Positions 19,032-27,900 of a stretch of 64,000 nt of DNA are shown in pieces. Position 1 is the stretch's first letter; each line of letters starts with the position of its first letter. Made by a program: the position numbers and the translations under genes. This DNA is from Candidatus Aegiribacteria sp. (lineage in GTDB: Bacteria > Fermentibacterota > Fermentibacteria > Fermentibacterales > JCC-6). The stretch lies in assembly GCA_021108005.1 (NCBI GenBank), contig JAIORS010000076.1:8860-72859 (forward strand), given 5' to 3'. The notes beneath the pieces are model-generated. The model was given only the letters and a program-made list of their open reading frames with translations. It was not told where the DNA came from and did no database searches.

Positions 19032-19871
19032 ATGAAGACAGCAGTACTGTTGTTACTGTGTTTTGCTCTGGCGGCTTCTGCCACAACCAGGGTAATAGAG
19101 GGATCAGGTAGTAACGAACCTGCGTCAACCAGAGGGACATATAGCGTTCTGGACATGTGGGATCCCAGCACACCCGGAAGCACGTATGGTATGGCTCTAA
19201 AGGACGATGTTGCCAACAGCCTGTGGCTATCCTGCTGGGGTGATGGTTATGTATACGAGTACGACGTGTCTACATCCTCTGCCACCGGCAGCTCATGGGA
19301 GATAACGAACGCCATAGATGCCGATGACATGTGCTTCTGTGAATACACCAGCGGAAACCAGTTCTTCATTGGCGATTACACCTTCAGCAACATCGGTGTA
19401 TTCGACAATTCCGGAGTATGGGTTAAAGCCCTTGACGGTCCTGCTTCGTTTTCCAACGTGTACCCCATAGCCGCCGGACACGATATGCTTTATGCCGATA
19501 GACACGGGGAAATCGCATGGGGCTCCTACACCGGTACCGAAACCTCGGTAACCTGGACCGTTGTAGCATCACCGATAACATCCTGTTACGGAATGGCTGC
19601 ATGGGGAGACTACGTTTTTGCCTGCTGCGGAAACGAAGGTGAGGATAATATTTTCATCTTTTATATCAACTCGGATGGAAGCCTCAACTTAACCCCTGTA
19701 TGGTCATGCGAATTTGCTGAGGTCGCAGGAGGTGCTAACGGAGGAATCGACTTCGATGGCACTGACCTCTGGATTTACCCCCAGAACGATATGGTCTACA
19801 AACTGGATATTGACTGGGACCCCTCAAGCCTTGAGAATGCAACCTGGGGACATATTAAAGCTGACTTCTAA
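19032..19871 (+). CDS. Secreted protein of unknown function, ending in TWGHIKADF
   Basis: Signal peptide MKTAVLLLLCFALAASA. Repeated W-G-D/aromatic blocks suggest a beta-rich fold. The C-terminal tail resembles that of the 1..728 protein. Confidence 0.6.
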   Translation: MKTAVLLLLCFALAASATTRVIEGSGSNEPASTRGTYSVLDMWDPSTPGSTYGMALKDDVANSLWLSCWGDGYVYEYDVSTSSATGSSWEITNAIDADDMCFCEYTSGNQFFIGDYTFSNIGVFDNSGVWVKALDGPASFSNVYPIAAGHDMLYADRHGEIAWGSYTGTETSVTWTVVASPITSCYGMAAWGDYVFACCGNEGEDNIFIFYINSDGSLNLTPVWSCEFAEVAGGANGGIDFDGTDLWIYPQNDMVYKLDIDWDPSSLENATWGHIKADF

Positions 19872-19900
19872 TCACCTTCAGTTTATCTAATTCGCGTATG

Positions 19901-19930
19901 GAGAAGGCGGGGTTCATCCCCGTCTTCTTC
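19901..19930 (+). terminator. Hairpin terminator candidate
   Basis: GAAGGCGGGG (19903-19912), TTCAT loop, CCCCGTCTTC (19918-19927) with one G-U pair, followed by a T-rich CTTCTTC stretch. Confidence 0.45.
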
Positions 19931-19969
19931 ATAGTGCGGGTGACCTGGAAATGAAAGGTTCTTGATTAA

Positions 19970-20455
19970 TTATCTGTCGGAACTATAGCTTCTTCTGGGG
20001 CTTTCTGCCTGCACTCTTACGGTTGAACCAACACTGAGCCAGTAGTAGCTCCATCTTGCCGTTGTTTTGCCAAGCCTTATGCAACCGTGAGATTTTCTGA
20101 TGCCAAGAGAATTCGTACCGGATAGAAAAGTCTGGTGAAGGCCTATCTGGCCGGAAGGATGTATGCACAGCCAGTAAGGCATTCTGACATTGTAAGAACT
20201 TGATACGGGAGACCGCCTTCTGTACAGGACCTCGAATGTGCCTGTGGGGGTATCGTAACCAGCTCTTCCTGTGGAAACCAGCGCAAGGTTCGCTTCCCGT
20301 CCGTCTTCCAGGAAAACGATGGTCTGGAAATCTATGAGAATGACCGCTTCGCGGGATGAAGTATTTCCGGAAGCTGGAGCAGGATTAAAGGATGTAGTCC
20401 AGGATACGGCAAGTATACCCAGAAAAATTCGGAAAAGTTCTGTAAGACAAATCAA
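19970..20455 (-). CDS. L,D-transpeptidase (YkuD domain)
   Basis: Catalytic motif SHGCIRL preceded by IGLHQT. N-terminal signal/anchor. Confidence 0.85.
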   Translation of the reverse strand: MICLTELFRIFLGILAVSWTTSFNPAPASGNTSSREAVILIDFQTIVFLEDGREANLALVSTGRAGYDTPTGTFEVLYRRRSPVSSSYNVRMPYWLCIHPSGQIGLHQTFLSGTNSLGIRKSHGCIRLGKTTARWSYYWLSVGSTVRVQAESPRRSYSSDR

Positions 20456-20573
20456 ATGTTAACCTCCAACGCACTGTAAACTGAATACTAATCCGCATGA
20501 TGTCAATATTGACTTTCGTAAGTGAAAGGGTCAGATTTCATAATTGTAGATAATTATTTTTAATAGCAACACC

Positions 20574-21896
20574 ATGAATGGAGGGTCAGATTTGACTTTA
20601 CTGAATCGCAATCGAATGATGATTCTAATTTCTGTAGCAACATTCGCTTTACTATCAGCTTGCTCCTCACCGGCTGTAACGGGTATGAAGGTGCATATGC
20701 AGAACCAGGAGTACGACGAGATTATCTATCTCGCTGACAGCGTAATTGCCAGGGGAGATTCTCTGAATGCTGAAATCTGGTTCTGGAGAGGCATGGCCTT
20801 TACAGAGCAAGTTAAATGGTCTGAGGCCGCCGAATCATTCCTTAAAGCAGACGAACTTGATACAAACGGAGAGCTGGCGGTAAACGAATACTGGTTCGTA
20901 TTCTTTAACAGCGCCGCTAATATTATGAACGACGGAGACATAGGACATACCGTTGAAATACTGGAAACGGGTATGCATGTAGCTCCCGAAAGACCTGATT
21001 TTGAGCTTATGCTGGGTGATATTGAGATAAACATAAACAATGATTTACCAGCAGCCCTTGAAGATTTTCAGAATGCATCCCTGAAAGCGGAAGAACTGAT
21101 AGCAGACATTCAGGAACTTATTAACAGTACGGACGATCCGTATACACTGAATTATTACTCGCAGAGCCTTGAAAAGGCCAAAAGCCTTTTCATTCAGTCT
21201 CTTTTCAATTCGGGGAGCGTTCTGACCATGATAGCCATCGACGCCACGGAAGAAGAGATGCTGGAGTACTTGCATCAGGCCCAAGATGCTTATAGCAAGG
21301 CTCTTGAGATCGACCCTACGAACGTTGACATGCTCGACGCTCTCGCAGGGGCGTGTATGCTTGAAGGCGATTATGAATCAGCTCTCACCATTTTCAACGA
21401 AGCTTTCGCTAACATCGATCTGGGGCTTTCAGAAGGCTGGCTCGAAGAAGAAGAGGCGGATCAGATCAAGGCAAACATATTCGTATCCAAGGGTTACGCC
21501 TATATTGAGATGGAAGACTTCCAGCAGGCAATAATCGAGCTTGACAATGCGAGGAACCTCATAGGTGACGATTTCGTAGTTCTTTCAACTCTTGCGCATG
21601 CCAACTTCATAATGGAGAATTACGATGAAGCTCTTTCGATTCTCGATTCTATCATGATTATGGATGGATTGACTCCCGATCAACTTGCCAATGCTTACTA
21701 TACAAGATATGCCTGCTGCAACAGGAAAGAACTGGATTCTGAAGCTGCAGAGGCTCTGGAAACAGCCCTTGAGTACCAGCCTGACAATGCCAACTACTGG
21801 CGCTACCTTGCAAGTACCTACAGCCGGCTTAACCGCAGGAATGACGCAATTGATGCAATGGAGAGAGCAAACCAGCTGGATTCAGAGAACGAATAG
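20574..21896 (+). CDS. TPR-repeat lipoprotein
   Basis: Lipobox LLSAC after a hydrophobic leader; the start may be the downstream MMILIS.. Met at 20616. Multiple TPR-like A/Y/W-x-A repeats to the C-terminus. Confidence 0.7.
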   Translation: MNGGSDLTLLNRNRMMILISVATFALLSACSSPAVTGMKVHMQNQEYDEIIYLADSVIARGDSLNAEIWFWRGMAFTEQVKWSEAAESFLKADELDTNGELAVNEYWFVFFNSAANIMNDGDIGHTVEILETGMHVAPERPDFELMLGDIEININNDLPAALEDFQNASLKAEELIADIQELINSTDDPYTLNYYSQSLEKAKSLFIQSLFNSGSVLTMIAIDATEEEMLEYLHQAQDAYSKALEIDPTNVDMLDALAGACMLEGDYESALTIFNEAFANIDLGLSEGWLEEEEADQIKANIFVSKGYAYIEMEDFQQAIIELDNARNLIGDDFVVLSTLAHANFIMENYDEALSILDSIMIMDGLTPDQLANAYYTRYACCNRKELDSEAAEALETALEYQPDNANYWRYLASTYSRLNRRNDAIDAMERANQLDSENE

Positions 21897-21916
21897 CAGC
21901 AGAATACGCTGAAAAG

Positions 21917-21946
21917 AAAAGGGAAGGGCAGAAGCCCTTCCCTTTT
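21917..21946. terminator. Bidirectional intrinsic terminator
   Basis: AAAA-GGGAAGGGC-AGAA-GCCCTTCCC-TTTT: a perfect 9-bp GC stem flanked by an A-tract and a T-tract, between convergent genes. Confidence 0.8.
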
Positions 21947-21991
21947 CTAGTTCATTCATTTGAGTGAAGTTTGAAGTAAGTATCGAAGCGG

Positions 21992-22306
21992 TCAGTCGCT
22001 GCCTATGCTTACAAGAAGCTGACTCTTCTGAACTGTATCACCCATTTTTACATGCATCCGCTCTACTCGGCCCTTGATTGTTGAGCATATCTCATTATGC
22101 ATCTTCATGGCATCGAGAAGAAGCAGTACATCGCCCGGCTGAATACCGTCACCTTCGGATACTTTAATATCAACTATGGTTCCGGGTATGAAAGCCCTGA
22201 CCTCAGAGGGATCTGGTGCGCCTTCGTAAGGCTTCAGGCTGCATTCAGGTATCTCTGTGGAGTAATCAGTATCGTCAATTGTGAGTTTATCCAGTTTACT
22301 ATTCAT
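21992..22306 (-). CDS. Biotinyl (biotin carboxyl carrier) domain protein
   Basis: Biotin attachment motif LLLLDAMKMHNEI. 104 aa. It sits directly downstream of the carboxyltransferase. Confidence 0.85.
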   Translation of the reverse strand: MNSKLDKLTIDDTDYSTEIPECSLKPYEGAPDPSEVRAFIPGTIVDIKVSEGDGIQPGDVLLLLDAMKMHNEICSTIKGRVERMHVKMGDTVQKSQLLVSIGSD

Positions 22307-22318
22307 GATTTCCCGCCT

Positions 22319-23854
22319 TTACAGAGGTATGTTTCTGTGGGGACGGCCTGTTCTGGACTGCTTGGCCACAGAGAGAACTTTAATAAGAGTGTCCCTGGTT
22401 TCGCTGGACTTTATTATCGTGTCAACGTATCCTTTTTTCGCGGCAACGTAGGGATTGGCGAATTTCTCTTCGTACTCATCGACCTTTTCCTGTCTATATG
22501 CATCAGGGTCGTCAGCAGCCGCTATTTCTCTTCTGAATATGATATTGGCCGCTCCCTCAGGTCCCATTACAGCGATTTCACCACTGGGCCAGGACGCGAC
22601 GAATGTAGCTCCAAGGTGCCTGCTGCACATGGCAATGTAAGCTCCACCGTAAGCTTTTCTCATGATAACTGTCATCTTTGGAACTGAGGCTTCGCTGTAA
22701 GCGTAAAGGATCTTTGCTCCGTGTCTGATTACTCCCGCGTGTTCCTGATCCACTCCCGGAAGGTATCCGGGGGTATCCACAAGGGTCAGCAGGGGAATAT
22801 TGAAGCAATCGCAGAATCTTATGAATCTTGCTGCCTTGTCCGAAGCGTTCACATCAAGAACACCGGCAAGAACCCTGGGCTGATTTGCTACGATTCCTAT
22901 GGACCGGCCTGCAAGCCTTGCGAAGCCTACAACAATGTTTCTGGCGTAGTACTCGTGTACCTCAAGAAAATCGGAAGCGTCAACAATACCACGGATAATG
23001 TCTTTTACGGAGTAAGCCTGCCTGCGATTGTCAGGAATAACATCATCTCCAAGAGGCTGATCGGGAGGAATGGGTTTTCTGACCGGAGGGTTTTGCTTTG
23101 AGTTGGCCGGGAGGAATGAGAGAAGTTTCTTAACGGTGTTGAACGCATCCACTTCGGTTTTCGCATAGAAGTGCGCGTTACCGGTGATAGAAGCATGGGT
23201 CATCGCGCCACCAAGCTCCTCCTGGGTTACTTCTTCTCCCAGGACGGTTTTGATCACCTGTGGCCCGGTTATGAACATGTGGGATATTTTGTCGACAACA
23301 AACACGAAATCCGTAAGGGCGGGTGAATAGACCGCGCCACCTGCGCAGGGGCCCAGGATGACGGAAATTTGAGGAACATCTCCACTGAGTCTGGTATTGC
23401 GGTAGAACAGCTCGCCGTAACCGCAGAGGGATTCCACTCCTTCCTGTATTCTGGCTCCGCCGGAGTCGTTTATTCCAATAAGGGGTATTCCAGCCTCCGC
23501 TGCGCCATCCATTACCTTAACGATTTTCATTGCATGGGCTCTTCCGAGGGATCCTCCGGCAACTGTGAAGTCCTGCGCGAATACGGCAACTGCTTTGCTA
23601 TCTACCTTTCCATAACCTGTTATGACTCCGTCCCCGGCCATTTCCTTCCTGTCCATCCCGAAATCCTTTACGGAATGCTCTACGAAAAGGTCTGTTTCAA
23701 GAAAAGAATCCTTATCAAGCAACAGATCTTCTATACGCTCTCTGGCCGTGTTTTTTCCCCTTTTCTTCTGTTTTTCAATTGCCTTATCACCGCCGCCCTT
23801 CAGTTTGCTGGACAACCGAGCGATGAAGTCGTTTACAGATCTTTTTATTGACAT
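22319..23854 (-). CDS. Acyl-CoA carboxyltransferase (methylmalonyl-CoA decarboxylase alpha / propionyl-CoA carboxylase beta family)
   Basis: INDSGGARIQEG, ILGPCAGGAVYSPA and the duplicated crotonase-like halves. 511 aa. Confidence 0.9.
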   Translation of the reverse strand: MSIKRSVNDFIARLSSKLKGGGDKAIEKQKKRGKNTARERIEDLLLDKDSFLETDLFVEHSVKDFGMDRKEMAGDGVITGYGKVDSKAVAVFAQDFTVAGGSLGRAHAMKIVKVMDGAAEAGIPLIGINDSGGARIQEGVESLCGYGELFYRNTRLSGDVPQISVILGPCAGGAVYSPALTDFVFVVDKISHMFITGPQVIKTVLGEEVTQEELGGAMTHASITGNAHFYAKTEVDAFNTVKKLLSFLPANSKQNPPVRKPIPPDQPLGDDVIPDNRRQAYSVKDIIRGIVDASDFLEVHEYYARNIVVGFARLAGRSIGIVANQPRVLAGVLDVNASDKAARFIRFCDCFNIPLLTLVDTPGYLPGVDQEHAGVIRHGAKILYAYSEASVPKMTVIMRKAYGGAYIAMCSRHLGATFVASWPSGEIAVMGPEGAANIIFRREIAAADDPDAYRQEKVDEYEEKFANPYVAAKKGYVDTIIKSSETRDTLIKVLSVAKQSRTGRPHRNIPL

Positions 23855-23888
23855 TGTTTATCCCCTCAGTTTTTCTCTGGCATCGTAG

Positions 23889-26321
23889 TCATTTGTGTTC
23901 TTCTTGTCGGGGTATACCTTCCGAGAGATATTCACCCCATTCTAACATGGATTCAACCGCAGGACTAAGATAATTAAGTTGCCTCAGCAAGCGGTAGTCT
24001 TCCATTGCCGCTTCTATAGAACCGTTCATCCATAAGTATCGGGCTCTTCGATATCTGGCCTCATGGAAGGCTTCGGCTTTATCAATGCATTCAGAATAGA
24101 ATTCGATAGCCTGGTCAGGGCTGCCTGTGATTCCTGCGATATTTCCCCTTATCAGGAGTGTATAGAGATTTCTGTTCAGTGACAACGATGAGTCGCCCCA
24201 GAGTACAGCAAGGGAATCCATCCCGGCAAGGGCGGCCAAACCGCCCGAAACGGAAAACGTCCAGGGAGAGTGAGCCTCCGACCCGTTCATTACCGCCATT
24301 ACGGAATCCATGGATCTATCACGCATTCCGCAGACGAACATCGCCGAGGCTTCCACTATACTGGAATCGGCCCCTGACATATCTCCCTTCAGGTACTTAT
24401 CCCATATGACAGGATGTACATTTAATGGAGGTATACTGTTCTCTGAAGGGTGTTCACCGGCAAGCAGGGCCAGGCATCCCGTCAGCATTTCATCTCCTGA
24501 ATATTCTGCCGCTTCAAGAGCCTCATCGAATCTCCCGTTTCTTGCGTTGGCCCACGCCTGCAACTTCCTCATCCTTGGATCATCGATGCATGGTGTATCT
24601 CCCCGCAGTGCTGACCTGAGAGCTGTTTCCAGACTGTCGTTTCCGAACTTGAAGGGAAGAGTATCGGTATCCGTTATAGAGCCATCGGAAAACAGAAGCG
24701 CTGTGGTTGTGATGATCGAAGGCGCGAAGTTAAGAGGGGGGGATGAAGCCAGCAGCAATTCTTCCTTCCAGCCTTCAGGCACCAGATAAAAAGGTGTTTC
24801 AAGAAATAAATCCTGGGACAGAGGGTCTATATGGGGAAAGCTGTGCCACTGGAATCCGATTGATTCGATGTACGTTTTCCTGCCGTATACGATGGTGACA
24901 CTGTCCCAGTATACAGGACACCAAAGCGGGCTTGCCGAGAGTATGTAAGCGGATGATTCGCCGGGTTTCGGCCAGTCGTAAATGGCCAGGTTGATTCCGC
25001 GGGAATCTAATATGTTCATGACCGTGCGTGTGTCCTGCATGCGGGAACAGGCCAGAATAAGGTATTCGGCGTACATTCTTTCCGGGAATAGGTGACAACG
25101 CCCGTCCATGTACAAAGGTAGTCTTTCTCCGAAAGTGTACTGGAGGTATCCTGAAATTTCATTCGTATTGAATATCCTGGTTTCAAGCAGCTCATCGTTT
25201 TCTTCCAGGAATTCTGCCAGCTGTCTGGGATATATGGACCAGTCCACTCCGAGTCCTATTTCCCTGGGAGGACCGAACTCCATAGGTATTCCTGTTACGA
25301 ACGGAACAACAGCAGCAGCAGCCAGCATCACTGTCGAAAGGCTGAATGGAACCCGCTTCAGGAGGGGGGCTGTCCAGGCTATAGCGGCGAGGGCGAGCAT
25401 ATCGATATTTCTACTGGAAAGAACGGTAGCAATTGAAAGAGCCCCCAGGGCTACCATTCGAGCTGTGCCAATTTTCTTCCTTTTAATTATCACCAGTGTC
25501 CATGTGGCGGCAAGGATTAATACAAGGATGATGGCAGTCGTTGAAATCGAATGGCCCGGCTGGTACAATGGATGAAAGGGGCTCCACCATTCCCTTATTG
25601 TTTTCCTGAAGAGGGGGCGGGAAAGGAAATCAGTGATGTAAGTGAATGACTTGAAACCGTTCGGGTGAACGCCGCAGCTCAGAATTGCCGCTCCCAGAAC
25701 CCCGATTTTACGGATTACTGTCTTCCAGTTTTTCGCAAGCAGGCTCTCAAGGACTGGAATGCCGAGAAGAAAGTAACCCATAATGAATCCTGCGTGGGCA
25801 TTGGTCCAGAGTATCTGAAGGGGAATGAAGATTGCGAGGGATTTCATGAAGCCGCCCGTTCCTCTGGCGAGAAGATAGAGGTAGAGGCTGAAAAAGAAGA
25901 GGGATAATATATGGGGCCGAACGATCCACCTTCCATGGCTCAGGATGAACCAGAGGAGCCCCGTGAGGACTACAGCCTGAACACTGGCCCCTCTCCGTCT
26001 GGCTGCAAGATAAACGAGCAGTATTGAAAATACTATCGTAAGAGTTTTAAACAGTACAAGACCCGAATCTCCACAGGTCATCCGGGAAGCGGCAAAGAAC
26101 ACTTCCGCCAGCCATTCCTGCTGAAGCCATGTATTCCCCCTGCAGGTCCAGGTGAATGGATCAGATGTGCGTATCTCCCCGGTTTCGATGATGTCTTCTC
26201 CATTGCGAAGATGCCAGAAGATGTTACCGTTATGCACTGGAGTCATGCAGTAGATCGCGCAGACCGCGAGAAATCCGGCAAGCAGAATCATGGTTCTGGC
26301 AGAAGATTCAGTATTTATCAA
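23889..26321 (-). CDS. Large polytopic membrane protein (GT-C-like N-terminal half) with a soluble C-terminal half ending in TPR-like repeats
   Basis: 810 aa. Many hydrophobic segments occupy the first ~400 aa, with a loop motif FWHLRNGEDI..DPFTWT..QQEWL. A soluble region follows (..YMDGRCHLF..) and then helical repeats. Confidence 0.55.
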   Translation of the reverse strand: MINTESSARTMILLAGFLAVCAIYCMTPVHNGNIFWHLRNGEDIIETGEIRTSDPFTWTCRGNTWLQQEWLAEVFFAASRMTCGDSGLVLFKTLTIVFSILLVYLAARRRGASVQAVVLTGLLWFILSHGRWIVRPHILSLFFFSLYLYLLARGTGGFMKSLAIFIPLQILWTNAHAGFIMGYFLLGIPVLESLLAKNWKTVIRKIGVLGAAILSCGVHPNGFKSFTYITDFLSRPLFRKTIREWWSPFHPLYQPGHSISTTAIILVLILAATWTLVIIKRKKIGTARMVALGALSIATVLSSRNIDMLALAAIAWTAPLLKRVPFSLSTVMLAAAAVVPFVTGIPMEFGPPREIGLGVDWSIYPRQLAEFLEENDELLETRIFNTNEISGYLQYTFGERLPLYMDGRCHLFPERMYAEYLILACSRMQDTRTVMNILDSRGINLAIYDWPKPGESSAYILSASPLWCPVYWDSVTIVYGRKTYIESIGFQWHSFPHIDPLSQDLFLETPFYLVPEGWKEELLLASSPPLNFAPSIITTTALLFSDGSITDTDTLPFKFGNDSLETALRSALRGDTPCIDDPRMRKLQAWANARNGRFDEALEAAEYSGDEMLTGCLALLAGEHPSENSIPPLNVHPVIWDKYLKGDMSGADSSIVEASAMFVCGMRDRSMDSVMAVMNGSEAHSPWTFSVSGGLAALAGMDSLAVLWGDSSLSLNRNLYTLLIRGNIAGITGSPDQAIEFYSECIDKAEAFHEARYRRARYLWMNGSIEAAMEDYRLLRQLNYLSPAVESMLEWGEYLSEGIPRQEEHK

Positions 26322-27900
26322 GTATCGTCCTTATCCTCTCTTCAGCAATCCTGTTTTCAACGTAGTTCAGCGCCTTTTCTTCGCAGATAATCCTGTCATT
26401 TTCATCTTCGGACTGTATCGCCCTTCGTGCCCATAATTCAGCAATTTCATCGGACGCGAATATATCATGAACATCTCCCTCGTAGCGGAAAATGTCGTAT
26501 ATGTTCCAGTCAACCGTATCGCCTTCCGAAGTAAAAAGAAGCCCGTTGAGATGGAGTTCAATCTGGTCCCAGCCGCGTGTTGCGTAGACCCGTCTTCCCG
26601 AAATATGGTCCGGTAGTTCGGAAGGTGGCGGAATCCGGAAAAAGCATTTGAAAGCATCCATTGGAAGTATGTCAGGTCTTATATCCTCTACTTCAAGGAG
26701 ATACGCGGTATGGTATGTAGTCATGCCCACAGATACAAAGACCGCTTCGGGAGCGGTTCCTCTGATGAAATCACGGGTAATCAGAGGAGCAGCAGTATCG
26801 TTTCTCCTGGAAGCGTGGGAGATACCGGACAGTATCGAAGCCAGCAGCAGAATCCATGCAGCAGTTCTTTTGTAGACCCCGCTGCTCAGCATTCTGCCCA
26901 GGCCCAGAGATGCCCAGATCGTAAGGGGAACCAGAAGTATCCAGAGTATGCTGGCTGTATCCGGTATGGAATAGCTGGACAGGAAAATCAGACCGGCAGC
27001 CGCTGTGAGGAAAAGACCAGGGGACCACCTGCGGGAGTAAAATATGAATATTCCGATAACCGTAAGCGATATTACTCCTGTACTTCTGTAGAGAGCTTCA
27101 AACCCGCGGAGAGCAGGTACTGTCAATCTGGAGCCGTATATTGTAAGGTAATTCCAGAGAAGGGGGACATTCGCCGGATACGAGTAATGGCATACGGCCT
27201 GGAATGTTGATCTTATTGGAATGAACAACCAGAGAGAGAGTGGTATTATTCCGAACAGCACCCATCTTCGTTTGAAAATTCGTGATACTATGGATGGAAA
27301 AAACAGCACTGATACCGGATGGCCTCCGAACAAGGATAGTGAGAAGAAGTACGGACCTGCCGGTGAATTCCTGAGAGCAAGCGCGGTCAACACCAGAAGA
27401 ATCGCAAATCCGTGAACTTCTACGATGTTAAGCTGTCCTAAAACAGGTCCGAGCGTGAAGAGTAGAATTGAACCGCTCAGGGCTCCCGCCCTGCTGCATC
27501 TAAAACTTCTTATAGCGGCGCAGGCGGCGATTACGCCTCCCCCCGCAAAGATGGCGGATGCAATCCTGAGGCAGGCATAATCAAGATTCATGCACGGAAT
27601 GATAACGGAAAACAGCCTCAGCATGAAAATGAAAAGAGGATAGCCCGGCGGATGTGGCAGTTCCAGGTTCGTGCCGCACAGGACGAATTCAGGACCATCG
27701 ATGAAATCGAACCCGGAAGAACCTGTAAACCAGGCTGCAGCACTGATTGCGGCTGCGACTATCAGAACCAGGCAGAGGTATCGCCTGTGCCGCACTATTC
27801 CTTTAATCGGCGGAGACCGATGACAGTGCATCATGCGATTCGGAAAGAAAGTGACTGAAAAGCTCGTTCTCAGGGTAAAGCTGTGAAGCATAAAATGCAT
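26308..27900 (-). CDS. DUF2723 / TMEM260-like polytopic membrane protein (putative GT-C glycosyltransferase)
   Basis: ELPHPPGYPLFIFMLRLF sits just after the first TM segment and is followed by many TM segments. GGAGG lies 10 nt upstream of the ATG at 27900. The gene overlaps its upstream neighbour by 98 nt. Confidence 0.55.
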   Translation of the reverse strand: MHFMLHSFTLRTSFSVTFFPNRMMHCHRSPPIKGIVRHRRYLCLVLIVAAAISAAAWFTGSSGFDFIDGPEFVLCGTNLELPHPPGYPLFIFMLRLFSVIIPCMNLDYACLRIASAIFAGGGVIAACAAIRSFRCSRAGALSGSILLFTLGPVLGQLNIVEVHGFAILLVLTALALRNSPAGPYFFSLSLFGGHPVSVLFFPSIVSRIFKRRWVLFGIIPLSLWLFIPIRSTFQAVCHYSYPANVPLLWNYLTIYGSRLTVPALRGFEALYRSTGVISLTVIGIFIFYSRRWSPGLFLTAAAGLIFLSSYSIPDTASILWILLVPLTIWASLGLGRMLSSGVYKRTAAWILLLASILSGISHASRRNDTAAPLITRDFIRGTAPEAVFVSVGMTTYHTAYLLEVEDIRPDILPMDAFKCFFRIPPPSELPDHISGRRVYATRGWDQIELHLNGLLFTSEGDTVDWNIYDIFRYEGDVHDIFASDEIAELWARRAIQSEDENDRIICEEKALNYVENRIAEERIRTILDKY

